Assembly: GCA_934717855.1 (NCBI GenBank)
Contig: CAKUZI010000004.1
Span: 43,973 to 107,972 of the forward strand
Length of the DNA stretch: 64,000 nucleotides
From: an uncultured Candidatus Melainabacteria bacterium
GTDB lineage: Bacteria > Cyanobacteriota > Vampirovibrionia > Gastranaerophilales > Gastranaerophilaceae
Direction of reading: 5' to 3'
A program made the position numbers and the translations under genes. The notes below the pieces were generated by a model. The model did not search any database and had not been told where the DNA came from. It worked only from the letters and a program-made list of their open reading frames with translations. Within the stretch, counting starts at the first letter, position 1. Every line of letters begins with the position of its first letter. Shown piece by piece: positions 1-9,979 of the stretch.

Positions 1-1
1 A

Positions 2-235
2 AATCCGGAAAGTCATCTTGCTGTTCGGTTTTGTGCAAAAGAAGCTGTAGTAAAAGCTTTGACGGCATTAGAAGTTTTTAATGTTTTTTACAATGAGATA
101 GAAGTTTTTCATAACGAAAATAAATGTCCACAAATTCGTATTCTTAAGAATATTGAAAAAAATATAAATTTTCAGCTGAGTTTGTCTCACGATAGATCAA
201 AAGCAATTGCATTTGTTGTTGCAGAAATTATATAA
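2..235 (+). CDS. acpS: holo-ACP synthase (4'-phosphopantetheinyl transferase) C-terminal fragment; the gene starts upstream of the window
   Basis: Frame 2 translates without stops to ...FCAKEAVVKALTALEV...LSLSHDRSKAIAFVVAEII*. This resembles the AcpS C-terminus (AKEA-VKA motif, SLSH). Confidence 0.5.
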   Translation, partial: NPESHLAVRFCAKEAVVKALTALEVFNVFYNEIEVFHNENKCPQIRILKNIEKNINFQLSLSHDRSKAIAFVVAEII

Positions 236-250
236 TAAGCAAGAGGAAAA

Positions 251-1624
251 ATGAGCGAAATTAAATTTGGAACAGATGGCTGGAGAGCTGTTGTAGGAAA
301 AGATTTTAATGAAGAAAACGTAAGAACAGTTACTAAAGCAATTGGAAAATATGTTTTTGATAATTTTGGAACAGATAAAGAAATAATCGTGGGATACGAT
401 CCTCGTAATATGGCGTTAGAATATGCGGAACAAACTGCGGAACAATTAACAGAGTACGGCTTTAAGGTTCTTTTGTCAAAAAAAGTTATTCCAACTCCTG
501 TTTTGGCATATAATGCAAAACATTTAAATGCTTGTGCAATTATGTTTACAGCATCTCACAATCCTCCTGAATATTTAGGAATAAAATTTATTCCGGATTA
601 CGCAGGGCCTGCTACTTCTGAAATTACAGATGAACTTATGTATAATCTTCATGCTAATTTTAAAACTCTTGGTAATGGTTCTGTTACAAAATATAATTTT
701 GCTCCGGATTATTTTGCTCATATAGAAAAATTAATAGATTTCAAAAAGATTAAGACTCTTGATAAAAATATAATCTTTGATGGTTTGTATGCTGCAAGTA
801 TTGGCTATTTCGACAAATTGTTAGATATAAATGAAATTAAATATGACAGTTTGCATATGTATCATGATGTTAATTTTGGTGGTGGAATGCCTGAACCAAA
901 ACCGAAATATTTAAAAGAATTAATTGAAAAAGTTAAATCAACTCCAAATTCTGTAGGGTTTGCAAATGATGGTGATAGTGATAGATTTGGTGTGATTAAT
1001 GAAAACGGGGAATATGTTTCTCCGAATGAAATTATTTCAATTCTTTTAATGCACTTGAAAAAACATAAGAATTATTCCGGTGCGTTAGTAAAAACTGTCG
1101 GAGCAAGTCTTTTGTTGAATAAAGTAGCTGAAAAATTAGGTGTTGACGTAGTTGAAACTGCTGTTGGATTTAAACATGTCGGGGAAGCTATGAGAAAATA
1201 CAATCCGATTATCGGAGGTGAAGAATCCGGAGGATTAAGTATTCAAGGTCATATTCCGGAAAAAGATGGAATTCTTGCAAACTTGTTAATATTAGAAGCT
1301 ATGGCTTATGAAAATAGATCTTTGGTTGAACTACAAAAAGATTTATATAATTTTGTTGGTTGTGAATTTTTCAATGATAGAATTGACAAACGTCTTGAAA
1401 ATGTAGATGAAATTAAACCGGTTTTAGAAGATTTCAAAAACAAAACCTCAATTGGAGATTTCAAAGTAAAATCAATTGATACAAAAGATGGTGTAAAATT
1501 ATATTTTGATGATAATACAAGTTGGGTGCTTGTGCGCCCTAGCGGTACAGAACCATTGTTGAGAATTTATTTTGAAAGTAATAGCGTAGAAAAATTGGAA
1601 AAATTGAGAAGTTTATTAAGTTAG
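251..1624 (+). CDS. alpha-D-phosphohexomutase family protein (phosphoglucomutase/phosphomannomutase)
   Basis: 457 aa. Active-site Ser loop TASHNPPEY, metal loop DGDSDR, C-terminal SGTEPLLRIY; RBS AGAGGAAAA upstream. Confidence 0.85.
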   Translation: MSEIKFGTDGWRAVVGKDFNEENVRTVTKAIGKYVFDNFGTDKEIIVGYDPRNMALEYAEQTAEQLTEYGFKVLLSKKVIPTPVLAYNAKHLNACAIMFTASHNPPEYLGIKFIPDYAGPATSEITDELMYNLHANFKTLGNGSVTKYNFAPDYFAHIEKLIDFKKIKTLDKNIIFDGLYAASIGYFDKLLDINEIKYDSLHMYHDVNFGGGMPEPKPKYLKELIEKVKSTPNSVGFANDGDSDRFGVINENGEYVSPNEIISILLMHLKKHKNYSGALVKTVGASLLLNKVAEKLGVDVVETAVGFKHVGEAMRKYNPIIGGEESGGLSIQGHIPEKDGILANLLILEAMAYENRSLVELQKDLYNFVGCEFFNDRIDKRLENVDEIKPVLEDFKNKTSIGDFKVKSIDTKDGVKLYFDDNTSWVLVRPSGTEPLLRIYFESNSVEKLEKLRSLLS

Positions 1625-1638
1625 TATAAGTAGTATTT

Positions 1639-1668
1639 TGCCGGCATGAAAATGCCGGCTTATTATTT
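1639..1668 (+). terminator. rho-independent terminator after the phosphohexomutase gene
   Basis: Stem GCCGGCAT / ATGCCGGC followed by a T-rich run. Confidence 0.6.
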
Positions 1669-1721
1669 AGTAATATTATTTTATGGTTTGGGTTGTAAAA
1701 TTTTTGTGTAAATTAGTGCAA

Positions 1722-2486
1722 TTATATTCTTTTAAACAAATTTTTGAAAACTTCTTTAAATCCGTGTTCTTCCATGCATTCTTTTATATTAAATAATACA
1801 GAATCATGGTCGCCAATTGCCATAAGACTTCCGGATTTTAATGCTTTTTGAGCAAGTTTAATAAATTCTTCAATTTTATTGTTTTCAAAATATCCTAAAA
1901 TGTTGCGACAAAATAGCATAGTATTTGAACTGTCGTTGATTTCTGTGATTTTTTTGAACATATCTCCTTGTTTAAATTTGACATTTTTAGTCAAAATCTC
2001 TTTGGCTTTTATTGTTTTTTGAGTTTTTCTCAAAAATGAAGCGGATTGTTCATTTGGAATACATAAATTTTTGTCGGTTTTACTTAAATCAAAATATTTT
2101 TCATAATCTTCTGCATTTATTTGCAACATCAATCTTTCATTTACACTAGAGTTGAAATATCCGCTATTTGCAACTTTTACGATTTCTTCATCCAAATCGT
2201 AAGCTTTAATGGGAAAAAATTTCTGTACTTGTTTTGAATCTTGAACATTTTCGTGCAATGAAATTATATCAGTATAAGCTTCAGAGCCATCAGATGATGC
2301 GAACATAATTGTATTAACTTGCGGTTTATCTTTAAAGTTTTCAGCTTGATATTTTGCAAGTTTTTCCCAATTCATATCTTCTCGAAACAGCCAGCTGTTG
2401 CAACCGTATTCTTCTCCGTCTTTGGCAATATATCGCCTTTCTGTCCCGCGAAATGACAGATTATTTCTTAATTGATTTATTTTCAT
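1722..2486 (-). CDS. hypothetical protein with a CheR-like SAM-dependent methyltransferase signature
   Basis: 254 aa. IMFASSDGSEAYT resembles the CheR SAM-binding motif (WSAGCSTGEEPYS). LFCRNILGYF resembles CheR FCRNVLIYF. Confidence 0.4.
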   Translation of the reverse strand: MKINQLRNNLSFRGTERRYIAKDGEEYGCNSWLFREDMNWEKLAKYQAENFKDKPQVNTIMFASSDGSEAYTDIISLHENVQDSKQVQKFFPIKAYDLDEEIVKVANSGYFNSSVNERLMLQINAEDYEKYFDLSKTDKNLCIPNEQSASFLRKTQKTIKAKEILTKNVKFKQGDMFKKITEINDSSNTMLFCRNILGYFENNKIEEFIKLAQKALKSGSLMAIGDHDSVLFNIKECMEEHGFKEVFKNLFKRI

Positions 2487-2503
2487 AATAAAATTAAACC
2501 CTC

Positions 2504-2536
2504 TAAAAATTTTTTTTGCTTTTTTAGAGGGAATTT
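2504..2536 (-). terminator. hairpin terminator between two minus-strand genes
   Basis: CCCTCTAAAAA ... TTTTTTAGAGGG inverted repeat flanked by T/A runs. Confidence 0.5.
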
Positions 2537-2558
2537 TTATTTTGTTATAAATGAAATT

Positions 2559-3077
2559 TTATCTTCCTAAGAACCATTTGTCCAAAATTTTCAAAAATGT
2601 TGAGCGTCTTGCTGCATTTATTGTGTTTTGAAGTTCCATTGCTTGAAGTTCTGGGCCAATTTCTCTATAAGCATATGCTAAAACATCTTGACGACGTTCT
2701 TCTTCCGTTGCATATTGTTCGCGCATTTTTGTTAATTCTCCGTGGTCAAAGAATTTTCCGCCACAGTTATAACATTCGTCAATTGTAATTTCTTTTTTTG
2801 CGCTTACATGATTTTTTACCATTTTATTTCCGCAAACCGGACAAATTCGAACCTTATTTTCATCTACTGGAGTATAGGTTTTGTTTTTTAATGTTTCTTT
2901 TAATTCTTCAATATTTTCTTTGTTTTCGTCGAAATGTTTGAGTTCCATCCCGTCAAAGAATATTCCGCCACAGCCGTCAACACAAACATCTAAACACGTT
3001 CCGCTTTCAGACATAAAAACTTTGTGCATATCTTTTCCACAAGCAGGACACTGAATTGTTTCAATAGTATCGTTCAT
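2559..3077 (-). CDS. tandem zinc-ribbon protein (TFIIB-type zinc ribbon, two repeats)
   Basis: 172 aa. Two copies of CPxCGxxM...xDxCxxCGGxFFDxxEL (CPACGKDM..CVDGCGGIFFDGMEL and CPVCGNKM..CYNCGGKFFDHGEL). Confidence 0.5.
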   Translation of the reverse strand: MNDTIETIQCPACGKDMHKVFMSESGTCLDVCVDGCGGIFFDGMELKHFDENKENIEELKETLKNKTYTPVDENKVRICPVCGNKMVKNHVSAKKEITIDECYNCGGKFFDHGELTKMREQYATEEERRQDVLAYAYREIGPELQAMELQNTINAARRSTFLKILDKWFLGR

Positions 3078-3122
3078 AATTTTTCTCCGTTTTTATTTTT
3101 ATGATAATTGATTTTGAATAAG

Positions 3123-3153
3123 AAAAAACCTCCTTTTATAGGAGGTTTTTGTA
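3123..3153 (-). terminator. hairpin terminator downstream of the 3178..4014 gene
   Basis: AACCTCCTATAAAAGGAGGTT palindrome. Confidence 0.5.
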
Positions 3154-3177
3154 ACATATAAATTGAGTTTGTAATTT

Positions 3178-4014
3178 TTATTTTGTTTCTGCGTTTTCAG
3201 ACAAGTTTTTCAAAATTGTATAAGACGCATCCCAACCGTTCAAACCACCTGTTGCTTTGTATTTCGCAATTTGTTTAGCTCTTTCTTTTTTTAGTTTAGC
3301 TTGTTCTTTTCGGAATTTTGCTAATTTTGCTTTGTTAGAATTCCTTTCAGTGATTGTTGGTTGAATATATGCCAAGAAATTTTTGTATTCTTTGCAGTTA
3401 TAACCGGCTTTAACCTTTGATGGGTAGTTGTATGATAGATAATCATAGATATACATTGTTCGTCTAAAGTTGTTTGGTTGACTTTTTAGGATGTCCATAG
3501 AAGTTCCGGGTTGTTTACCTAAAACAACAATCATAGCTAATGGGTTGTAACCGGCTTGAATCATTAAGTCAACACCTGTAATATCTGCGTTCATTTTATC
3601 TTTTTCAGACATGTTGTTAAGAGTTAATTCATTTGCAATTAATGCTGATTTTTCAAGACTTGTGTCTACAAAATTTCCTGCAAGAGCAGAAGTTACGTTT
3701 GATACAAATTTTTTCTTAGAAGCGTTTGCGTTGATGATAACACCGATTTGTTGAGCGATTATAGCTGCAACTTCGTTGTCATTTCCTGCATAACCCAAAT
3801 CTGTTTTTGGAACGTAAAGTTCGTTATTAGAATTTGAAGAGCTGTTCATTACTTCTGTTTCAGTGACTACAAATTTTGTAGTTGTTGGCAAGTTATTTTT
3901 TGTCATAACTTGTTTTCCGACAGTAGGAACTCTGTCTACTGCGCTCCAAGTTCCAGCAAATGATGGAGCTACAAGAGATGTTGCCAAAAATAATGATAAA
4001 ATAATTTTTTTCAT
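3178..4014 (-). CDS. secreted hypothetical protein with a signal peptide and a Lys-rich C-terminus
   Basis: 278 aa. N-terminus MKKIILSLFLATSLVAPSFAG. C-terminus AKLAKFRKEQAKLKKERAKQIAKYK. Confidence 0.5.
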   Translation of the reverse strand: MKKIILSLFLATSLVAPSFAGTWSAVDRVPTVGKQVMTKNNLPTTTKFVVTETEVMNSSSNSNNELYVPKTDLGYAGNDNEVAAIIAQQIGVIINANASKKKFVSNVTSALAGNFVDTSLEKSALIANELTLNNMSEKDKMNADITGVDLMIQAGYNPLAMIVVLGKQPGTSMDILKSQPNNFRRTMYIYDYLSYNYPSKVKAGYNCKEYKNFLAYIQPTITERNSNKAKLAKFRKEQAKLKKERAKQIAKYKATGGLNGWDASYTILKNLSENAETK

Positions 4015-4030
4015 TTTTTTACTCCTATTT

Positions 4031-4717
4031 TTAATCTGTAAATCTAAACTTTATTAATGCAATTATAGCATGAATTCCATCACGCCACGTAATTTTTTTA
4101 CCCTCTGCGAATTCTCTTCCATAGTATGAAACAGGAAGTTCGTATAACCTTGCCCCGCGTTTTAGAACTTTCGCAGTGATTTCAGGTTCAAAATCAAATC
4201 TGTTTGATTTTATTTCAATCCCTTTTATGAAATCAGCTTTAAAGGCTTTGTAACAAGTTTCCATGTCGGTTAAAGTCGAACCGTATAGAATGTTCGTTAA
4301 CAAAGATAAAAATTTGTTTCCTAACAAATGGTGAAACATAAATGAACGAGACGGTTTCCCGCCTGACAATCTTGAACCGTAACACACATCTGCTTTTCCA
4401 TCCAAAATTAATTTGATAAGTGGTTCATAATCTACAGGGTCATATTCTAAATCGGCATCTTGGATGACAATAATATCTCCGGTTGCTTCTTTAAATCCTG
4501 TTCTCAATGCGGCCCCTTTGCCTTGATTAAATTCATGATACAAAACTTTATATGGATATTTAGAATATAAATCCCTAGTTCCGTCTGTTGAGTAGTCGTC
4601 AATTAAAATTATTTCTTTTTCTAATCCGCAAAATGAAGCTTGTTCAACTTTTTCTAAAATCTTATCCAATGTATTAACTTCATTGTATACAGGAATAAGT
4701 ATTGTAATTTTTTTCAT
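4031..4717 (-). CDS. family 2 glycosyltransferase (polyprenol-phosphate glycosyltransferase-like)
   Basis: Start taken at MKKITILIPVYNE, which has an AGGTGG RBS 8 nt upstream; the longer ORF-track start lacks an RBS. GT2 motifs ILIDDYSTDGT and DADLEYDP. Confidence 0.8.
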   Translation of the reverse strand: MKKITILIPVYNEVNTLDKILEKVEQASFCGLEKEIILIDDYSTDGTRDLYSKYPYKVLYHEFNQGKGAALRTGFKEATGDIIVIQDADLEYDPVDYEPLIKLILDGKADVCYGSRLSGGKPSRSFMFHHLLGNKFLSLLTNILYGSTLTDMETCYKAFKADFIKGIEIKSNRFDFEPEITAKVLKRGARLYELPVSYYGREFAEGKKITWRDGIHAIIALIKFRFTD

Positions 4718-4808
4718 TAAACCACCTATAAAAAAAATTTGTATTATTCTAGAAAATATTGTACAATAAAAATATAGAGTTGCATAATTTATATACAAGG
4801 GTTAAGAA

Positions 4809-6503
4809 ATGGTAAAGTGTGATACGGATATTATAAAAAAGGGACTAGCTCTTTTAGAAGATAAAAACTACAGCGAAGCGATAGAAATTTTTAAAACAGC
4901 AAGAGAAGATTACAAAGACAAGCCGAGTTTTCTTTCGGTCAGTGTAAGTTTATTGGCGATGGCACTTTATCTTCAAGATAAAAAAAATTATACAGAAGTT
5001 TTGGATTTGTTGAATGATGCTCAATATATGGCAGAATTTGCAAAAAGTAATACGGCTAAAATTGCTAATGAATATGCAAAAGGAACTGTTGATTTTGGCG
5101 AGGGGGCTAAAAATACAGCTTTAATGCATTTTGAAAGTGCAAAAAATCTTTCAATGAACACAGGTGATGAACTTTCTATAATGGGTTATGTTTTGACAAG
5201 AATTAAGCAACTGCAAAACGGATTAGATTTCTCGCTTCCGATAAAAAGTGATCCGCTGGTTTCTTTGGTAAAAATTGGGCGATCTATCACTGCGGTAACT
5301 GACATTGATGTATTATTAAAAGTTATTGCGGAAGAAACAAAGATTGCAATTCAAGCTGACAGATGTACAGTTTTCTTGCTTGATAAAGATAAAAATGAAC
5401 TATGGAGTAAGGTTGCATTGGGTTTAGGAAGTCAAGAAATCAGATTTCCTGCCGATAAAGGGCTTGCCGGGTATGTTGTAAAAACCGGAGAACCTTTGAA
5501 TATTCCGGATGCGTATAACGATCCTCGTTTTAATCCTGACATCGACAAAGAAACAGGTTACAGGACAAAAACAATTCTTTGTATGCCAATTAAAAATAAT
5601 AATCAAGAAATTATCGGTGCTTTTCAGGTTCTCAACAAAAATAACGGTGTGTTTACAAAAGGCGATGAAGATTTGCTTGTTGCAATTGGTGGAAGTGCTT
5701 CTATTGCGCTTGAAAATGCTCAATTATTTGAACAGCAAAAAGAACTTTATAAAGAACAAAAAGTATTGTTTGAAAGCTTTATCGATACGCTTGCAACTTC
5801 AATCGATGCTCGTGACAAAATTACAGCAGGTCATTCAAGCCGTGTAAAACTATATTCTATGTTGTTGGTAGAAGCTCTCGGATGTGATGAAAAATATAAA
5901 GAAATTGTTGAAAAGGCCGCAATTTTGCATGATATAGGAAAAATTGGTATTAGAGATTCCGTTCTTCAAAAAGAGGGAAAACTTACGGATGAAGAATACA
6001 AACATATTCAAGAACACGTAAAAATTACGCATGATATTTTAGAAAAAATTCACACATCAGAAGATTTTAAGCAAATTACGGAAATTGCCTGCTCGCATCA
6101 TGAAAAATTTGACGGTTCCGGTTATTACAGACATTTGAGCGGAGAAGATATCCCTTATGGAGGTCGAATTTTAGCAGTTGCGGATGTGTTTGATGCAATT
6201 ACTTCAAAACGTCATTATCGTGATAAAATGCCTATCCAAAACGTTATTGATATTCTTATTTCCGGCAAGAACAAACATTTTGATGGAAGTTTAGTTGATA
6301 CGTTTTTACACATTCCTGTAGATAAAATTATTTTAGTATTTTTGACAGAAAATCATCATAGTTTTAAGGAAGAAGACAGAGAAATTTTGAGCCATTATAA
6401 TTTGTTTGATATTCATAATTTTATCATTAATGAAAATTCATCAGATGAACAAAAACATATTGCAGAATTGTTTAATTTCTATTATTCTGGAAATGTAGAA
6501 TAA
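4809..6503 (+). CDS. GAF domain plus HD-GYP-type phosphohydrolase (putative c-di-GMP phosphodiesterase)
   Basis: 564 aa. HDIGKIGI and HHEKFDGSGYYRHLSGEDIPYGGRILAVADVFDA match HD-GYP. The motif is GYY rather than GYP. A GAF-like region lies upstream. Confidence 0.8.
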   Translation: MVKCDTDIIKKGLALLEDKNYSEAIEIFKTAREDYKDKPSFLSVSVSLLAMALYLQDKKNYTEVLDLLNDAQYMAEFAKSNTAKIANEYAKGTVDFGEGAKNTALMHFESAKNLSMNTGDELSIMGYVLTRIKQLQNGLDFSLPIKSDPLVSLVKIGRSITAVTDIDVLLKVIAEETKIAIQADRCTVFLLDKDKNELWSKVALGLGSQEIRFPADKGLAGYVVKTGEPLNIPDAYNDPRFNPDIDKETGYRTKTILCMPIKNNNQEIIGAFQVLNKNNGVFTKGDEDLLVAIGGSASIALENAQLFEQQKELYKEQKVLFESFIDTLATSIDARDKITAGHSSRVKLYSMLLVEALGCDEKYKEIVEKAAILHDIGKIGIRDSVLQKEGKLTDEEYKHIQEHVKITHDILEKIHTSEDFKQITEIACSHHEKFDGSGYYRHLSGEDIPYGGRILAVADVFDAITSKRHYRDKMPIQNVIDILISGKNKHFDGSLVDTFLHIPVDKIILVFLTENHHSFKEEDREILSHYNLFDIHNFIINENSSDEQKHIAELFNFYYSGNVE

Positions 6504-6519
6504 AGAGGGATATAGTAGT

Positions 6520-8055
6520 TTGAAAAACAAATTATTTTATACAGTTTTTTTAGTCGCGTGTTTGACCGCTCCTGCTTTGGGAGAGGGATTTGACGCTATT
6601 CAACCTGCAAATCCATATTCTCCACAGCCAATTCCTGTTAATACTATTGCAATTCCAATTAAAAAAGCTACACTAACTCACAATAGTTTGCATAATCAAT
6701 ATGTAATAGCGTTTAATCGATTTATGCAAAGTAATGTAAAATCTTCATATATGGATTTTAAAAATCTTATTGAAACAATGGATGAAAACGATTATGCATA
6801 TATGAAGATGGCTGAAAACATGGCTGATATTGGCTTTTTTGAACTTGCAGATTTAGCTGCTTCAAAAATTGAAGATAAAGAATTATCAGACTTTTTAACC
6901 GGTGATATAAATCTTTATTACGGAATTTCCAAAAAATTAAAACAAGATGATGAAATTTATCTTGGCGAAGTTTTTTCCAACATTGTTTATAATGACCAAA
7001 GTAGAGAAGCAACATCAGAACTTGTTAAAGATACAGAGCTTATGACTAATTCTGATTATGCAAATTATCTTGTGGCACTAGGCTATTTAAAATCAAATGA
7101 CTTCATTGAGGCGAACAGTTATATTGATACTGCAATAAAAATGAACCCTCAAAATTTGAATTATAAAAAATTGAAAGCAGAAATCTTGTCGCAAGGCAAA
7201 AAACCTCAAAATGCCTTGAAAATGGTTGATTATATAAAATCTCAAAACCTTTATACTGCGGATTTTTCAAGAAAAATTAATTCTCTTGAACAATATGTTT
7301 TGTATAAATCACAAAAAGATTATTCTGAAAAAATGTATCACTTGGGATACTATTACTATTATGAAAATGAAAATGCAAAAGCATTAAGAACTCTTCAAAG
7401 CTCTTTGACAACTAAAAAGAAACATAATAAAGAAGTTTATGCAATATTATCAAGAGTTTATTATGACATGCAAGAATATGAAAAAGCTCAAGATACAGCC
7501 ATGAAGGCTTACAAGCTTGATAGTGGAAATCCTGTAGTTTTACTTGTTTTGGGTGATTTGAGCTTTAGAACAGGTGACTACAAAACCGCGTTAAAATACT
7601 ACAAGGACGCTGAAAGCAAAGATAAAACATCTTCAATATGTTCTGTTAAAGTTGCTCAAACTTATGAACAGTTAGACAAAAATAAAAAAGCTGTTGAGGT
7701 TTATGAAAAAATCTTGAAAACATATTCAGATAGCTGGGTTGCTTATTACAAAGTTGCCTTGAAAGACAAGTCAAAAGAAATTGCATATCTAAAAAAAGCA
7801 ATAGCGATAAATATGGATTATAAAGACGCATGGATAGATTTAGGGCGTGTAGAAGTTGAACGCGGAAACTATTTTGAAGCTAAAAAATATCTTGGCGTTG
7901 CAAACTATATTGACGAAAATGATTTTAGATATTATTATTATCAAGGATTGATTGCAAAAAATCAGGGACTTAAACAGGACGCAGAAAGATATTTCAAAAA
8001 ATCATTGCTTCTAAATCCAAATTACGCCCCGACAAAAGAGGAATTAAGCATATGA
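6520..8055 (+). CDS. TPR-repeat protein with a signal peptide
   Basis: 511 aa. N-terminal hydrophobic signal. Multiple 34-residue Y/A-rich repeats (YYKVALK, YEKAQDTAMKAYKLD, etc.). Confidence 0.7.
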   Translation: MKNKLFYTVFLVACLTAPALGEGFDAIQPANPYSPQPIPVNTIAIPIKKATLTHNSLHNQYVIAFNRFMQSNVKSSYMDFKNLIETMDENDYAYMKMAENMADIGFFELADLAASKIEDKELSDFLTGDINLYYGISKKLKQDDEIYLGEVFSNIVYNDQSREATSELVKDTELMTNSDYANYLVALGYLKSNDFIEANSYIDTAIKMNPQNLNYKKLKAEILSQGKKPQNALKMVDYIKSQNLYTADFSRKINSLEQYVLYKSQKDYSEKMYHLGYYYYYENENAKALRTLQSSLTTKKKHNKEVYAILSRVYYDMQEYEKAQDTAMKAYKLDSGNPVVLLVLGDLSFRTGDYKTALKYYKDAESKDKTSSICSVKVAQTYEQLDKNKKAVEVYEKILKTYSDSWVAYYKVALKDKSKEIAYLKKAIAINMDYKDAWIDLGRVEVERGNYFEAKKYLGVANYIDENDFRYYYYQGLIAKNQGLKQDAERYFKKSLLLNPNYAPTKEELSI

Positions 8056-8699
8056 AGATAAATATTTTGATAGTTGAAGATCACGAACTTACTCGATTTG
8101 GACTAAAAACAACGTTTGAAAGTGTTGACTTTGTAGGCAATATTTACGAGGCAGATTCTGCAGAAACAGCTATCCAAGTATTTAATAATAACAATATTGA
8201 TGTCATAATTATGGATTTGGGACTGCCAAATATGAATGGAATTGAGGCAACAAAACAAATTCGTACGTCAAACAAAGATGTAAAAATTATTGTACTAACT
8301 TCTCACAACGATGAAAAAGAAGTTTTGAACAGCTTAAAAGCCGGTGCAAATGCTTATTGTTCAAAAGAAATTAATCCTCAAAGATTGATTGAAGTTGTTC
8401 GTTCTGTTGCAGACGGTGCTGCTTGGTTTGATCCTAGTATTGCACATATTGTGCTTAAAGCCAGCGCAAATTCCCCAACTATTGAAACAAGTGACAATAG
8501 AAAAGATTATGATTTGACTTCTCGTGAAGCTCAAATTTTGAAACTTATGACAGAGGGCTACAGCAATATGGAAATTGCTCAAATCCTTGTTATAAGTATA
8601 AATACTACAAAAGCCCACGTAGCAAATATTTTGCAAAAATTAGAAGTTGATGACAGACTTCAAGCTGCATTGAAAGCATTAAAGAACAAAATTGTATAA
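8052..8699 (+). CDS. response regulator, REC plus LuxR/FixJ-type HTH
   Basis: 215 aa. REC aspartate context DVIIMDLGLP. C-terminal LTSREAQILKLMTEGYSNMEIAQIL...TKAHVANILQKL. Start overlaps the TPR gene stop. Confidence 0.8.
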   Translation: MKINILIVEDHELTRFGLKTTFESVDFVGNIYEADSAETAIQVFNNNNIDVIIMDLGLPNMNGIEATKQIRTSNKDVKIIVLTSHNDEKEVLNSLKAGANAYCSKEINPQRLIEVVRSVADGAAWFDPSIAHIVLKASANSPTIETSDNRKDYDLTSREAQILKLMTEGYSNMEIAQILVISINTTKAHVANILQKLEVDDRLQAALKALKNKIV

Positions 8700-8711
8700 A
8701 AGGATTAAACA

Positions 8712-9326
8712 ATGCCGGAATTAACGAAAGTTCTACTGGTTGATGATAATTCTAAATATTTGAAAGATGCTCTGCCTTTTTACGGATACGACGTAACTAC
8801 GGCATACGATGGCGTTCAGGCATTGAAAGAGTTGGCGGATAAAAACAAAAACTTTGACATTATCTTACTTGATGTTATGATGCCTAATATGAACGGATGG
8901 CAGACATTAAAAGAAATTCGTTCAAATGAAAATACAAAACATTTACCCGTAATAATGCTTACAGCTGTGAATGAGGAAGAAAAAATGGTTGCCGGTTTGA
9001 AAATCGGAGCTGACGATTATATCGTAAAACCATTCATTTTACCAAATCTTTTAGCGCGAATGGAAGCTGTTCTAAGACGCTCAAAGTGGCAAACTTCGGT
9101 TAAAACTTCCCCTAAAAAAGAATTGCCTCCGGATTTGCTAACTTCAAAAGAAAAAGAAGTGTTAGAAATGGTTGCAAACGGGGCAAGTAATAAACAGATT
9201 GCAGATAAAATGTTTGTAAAAGAGGTTACGGTAAAAACACATTTGAATAGTATTTTCAAAAAATTAAAAGTTACAAACAGAACGCAAGCTGTACTTGTTG
9301 CAGGATATTTAAGCGAAAATAGCTAA
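8712..9326 (+). CDS. response regulator, REC plus LuxR-type HTH (second, tandem)
   Basis: 204 aa. DIILLDVMMP REC. LTSKEKEVLEMVANGASNKQIADKMFVKEVTVKTHLNSIFKKL HTH. Confidence 0.8.
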   Translation: MPELTKVLLVDDNSKYLKDALPFYGYDVTTAYDGVQALKELADKNKNFDIILLDVMMPNMNGWQTLKEIRSNENTKHLPVIMLTAVNEEEKMVAGLKIGADDYIVKPFILPNLLARMEAVLRRSKWQTSVKTSPKKELPPDLLTSKEKEVLEMVANGASNKQIADKMFVKEVTVKTHLNSIFKKLKVTNRTQAVLVAGYLSENS

Positions 9327-9369
9327 AAGAGGTTACGACCCAGTAATTTAATCAAAAAAGGAGAAATAA

Positions 9370-9900
9370 ATGATAGATTATACAAAAGAAGAATTAGTTG
9401 AATTATTGAGAAAAAATCCGGAAAAATTTAACGAATGGAAAGCGGATCAAGAAGAAGTCGATTTGTCTGAAGTTGATTTTTCGGGAATTAATTTGTCTGA
9501 AGTTAATTTTTCAGATGCGGATTTAAATTCAAGTTCTTTTGCAGATTGCAATCTTTCATTTGTAAACTTTACAAACACTGATTTGACATCAGTAGATTTT
9601 ACGAGAGCAAAGATTTTGGAATGCGATTTTACAGATGCTTTGTTAACAGGTGCAGATTGCAGTTATGCAGAAATGACTTATTGCAATTTTTCTGATTGCG
9701 ACATGGCAGGATGTATTTTATCTGAAACAGATTTGAGCAACTCTGATTTAACAGCTTCATTAAATTTAAGTGCATCTCGCCATGATGACGATACTGTTTG
9801 GCCGGAAGATGATATGTTGCCGGATGGATTTGATGGTTCTGAACACAGAGATTTATCTGCATTACAAGATGATGAAGATGAAGTCGCTTCTGATTGGTAA
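9370..9900 (+). CDS. pentapeptide-repeat protein with an acidic C-terminal tail
   Basis: 176 aa. Runs of A(D/N)LxF-type pentapeptides (SEVDFSGINLSEVNFSDADLNSSSF...). C-terminus DDEDEVASDW. Confidence 0.75.
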   Translation: MIDYTKEELVELLRKNPEKFNEWKADQEEVDLSEVDFSGINLSEVNFSDADLNSSSFADCNLSFVNFTNTDLTSVDFTRAKILECDFTDALLTGADCSYAEMTYCNFSDCDMAGCILSETDLSNSDLTASLNLSASRHDDDTVWPEDDMLPDGFDGSEHRDLSALQDDEDEVASDW

Positions 9901-9926
9901 AAATTAAAATTGCCAATATAGTTAAA

Positions 9927-9962
9927 TTTATTATATTATTCTCTTATTCGCTTCGGGTAAGA
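9927..9962. terminator. bidirectional hairpin between convergent genes
   Basis: TTATTCTCTTA-TTCGCTTCGG-GTAAGAGAATAA palindrome. Confidence 0.5.
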
Positions 9963-9979
9963 GAATAATTGTTTTAATT

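Noticed and set aside
2597-2788. Short ORFs embedded antisense or out of frame within strong CDSs: 2597..2788, 5424..5723, 5509..5847, 27882..28208, 36150..36380, 40330..40710, 43400..43651 and similar.
   Set aside because: All overlap well-supported genes (zinc ribbon protein, HD-GYP, rplI, ileS, rdgB, fusA). They are AT-rich frame artefacts without an RBS.
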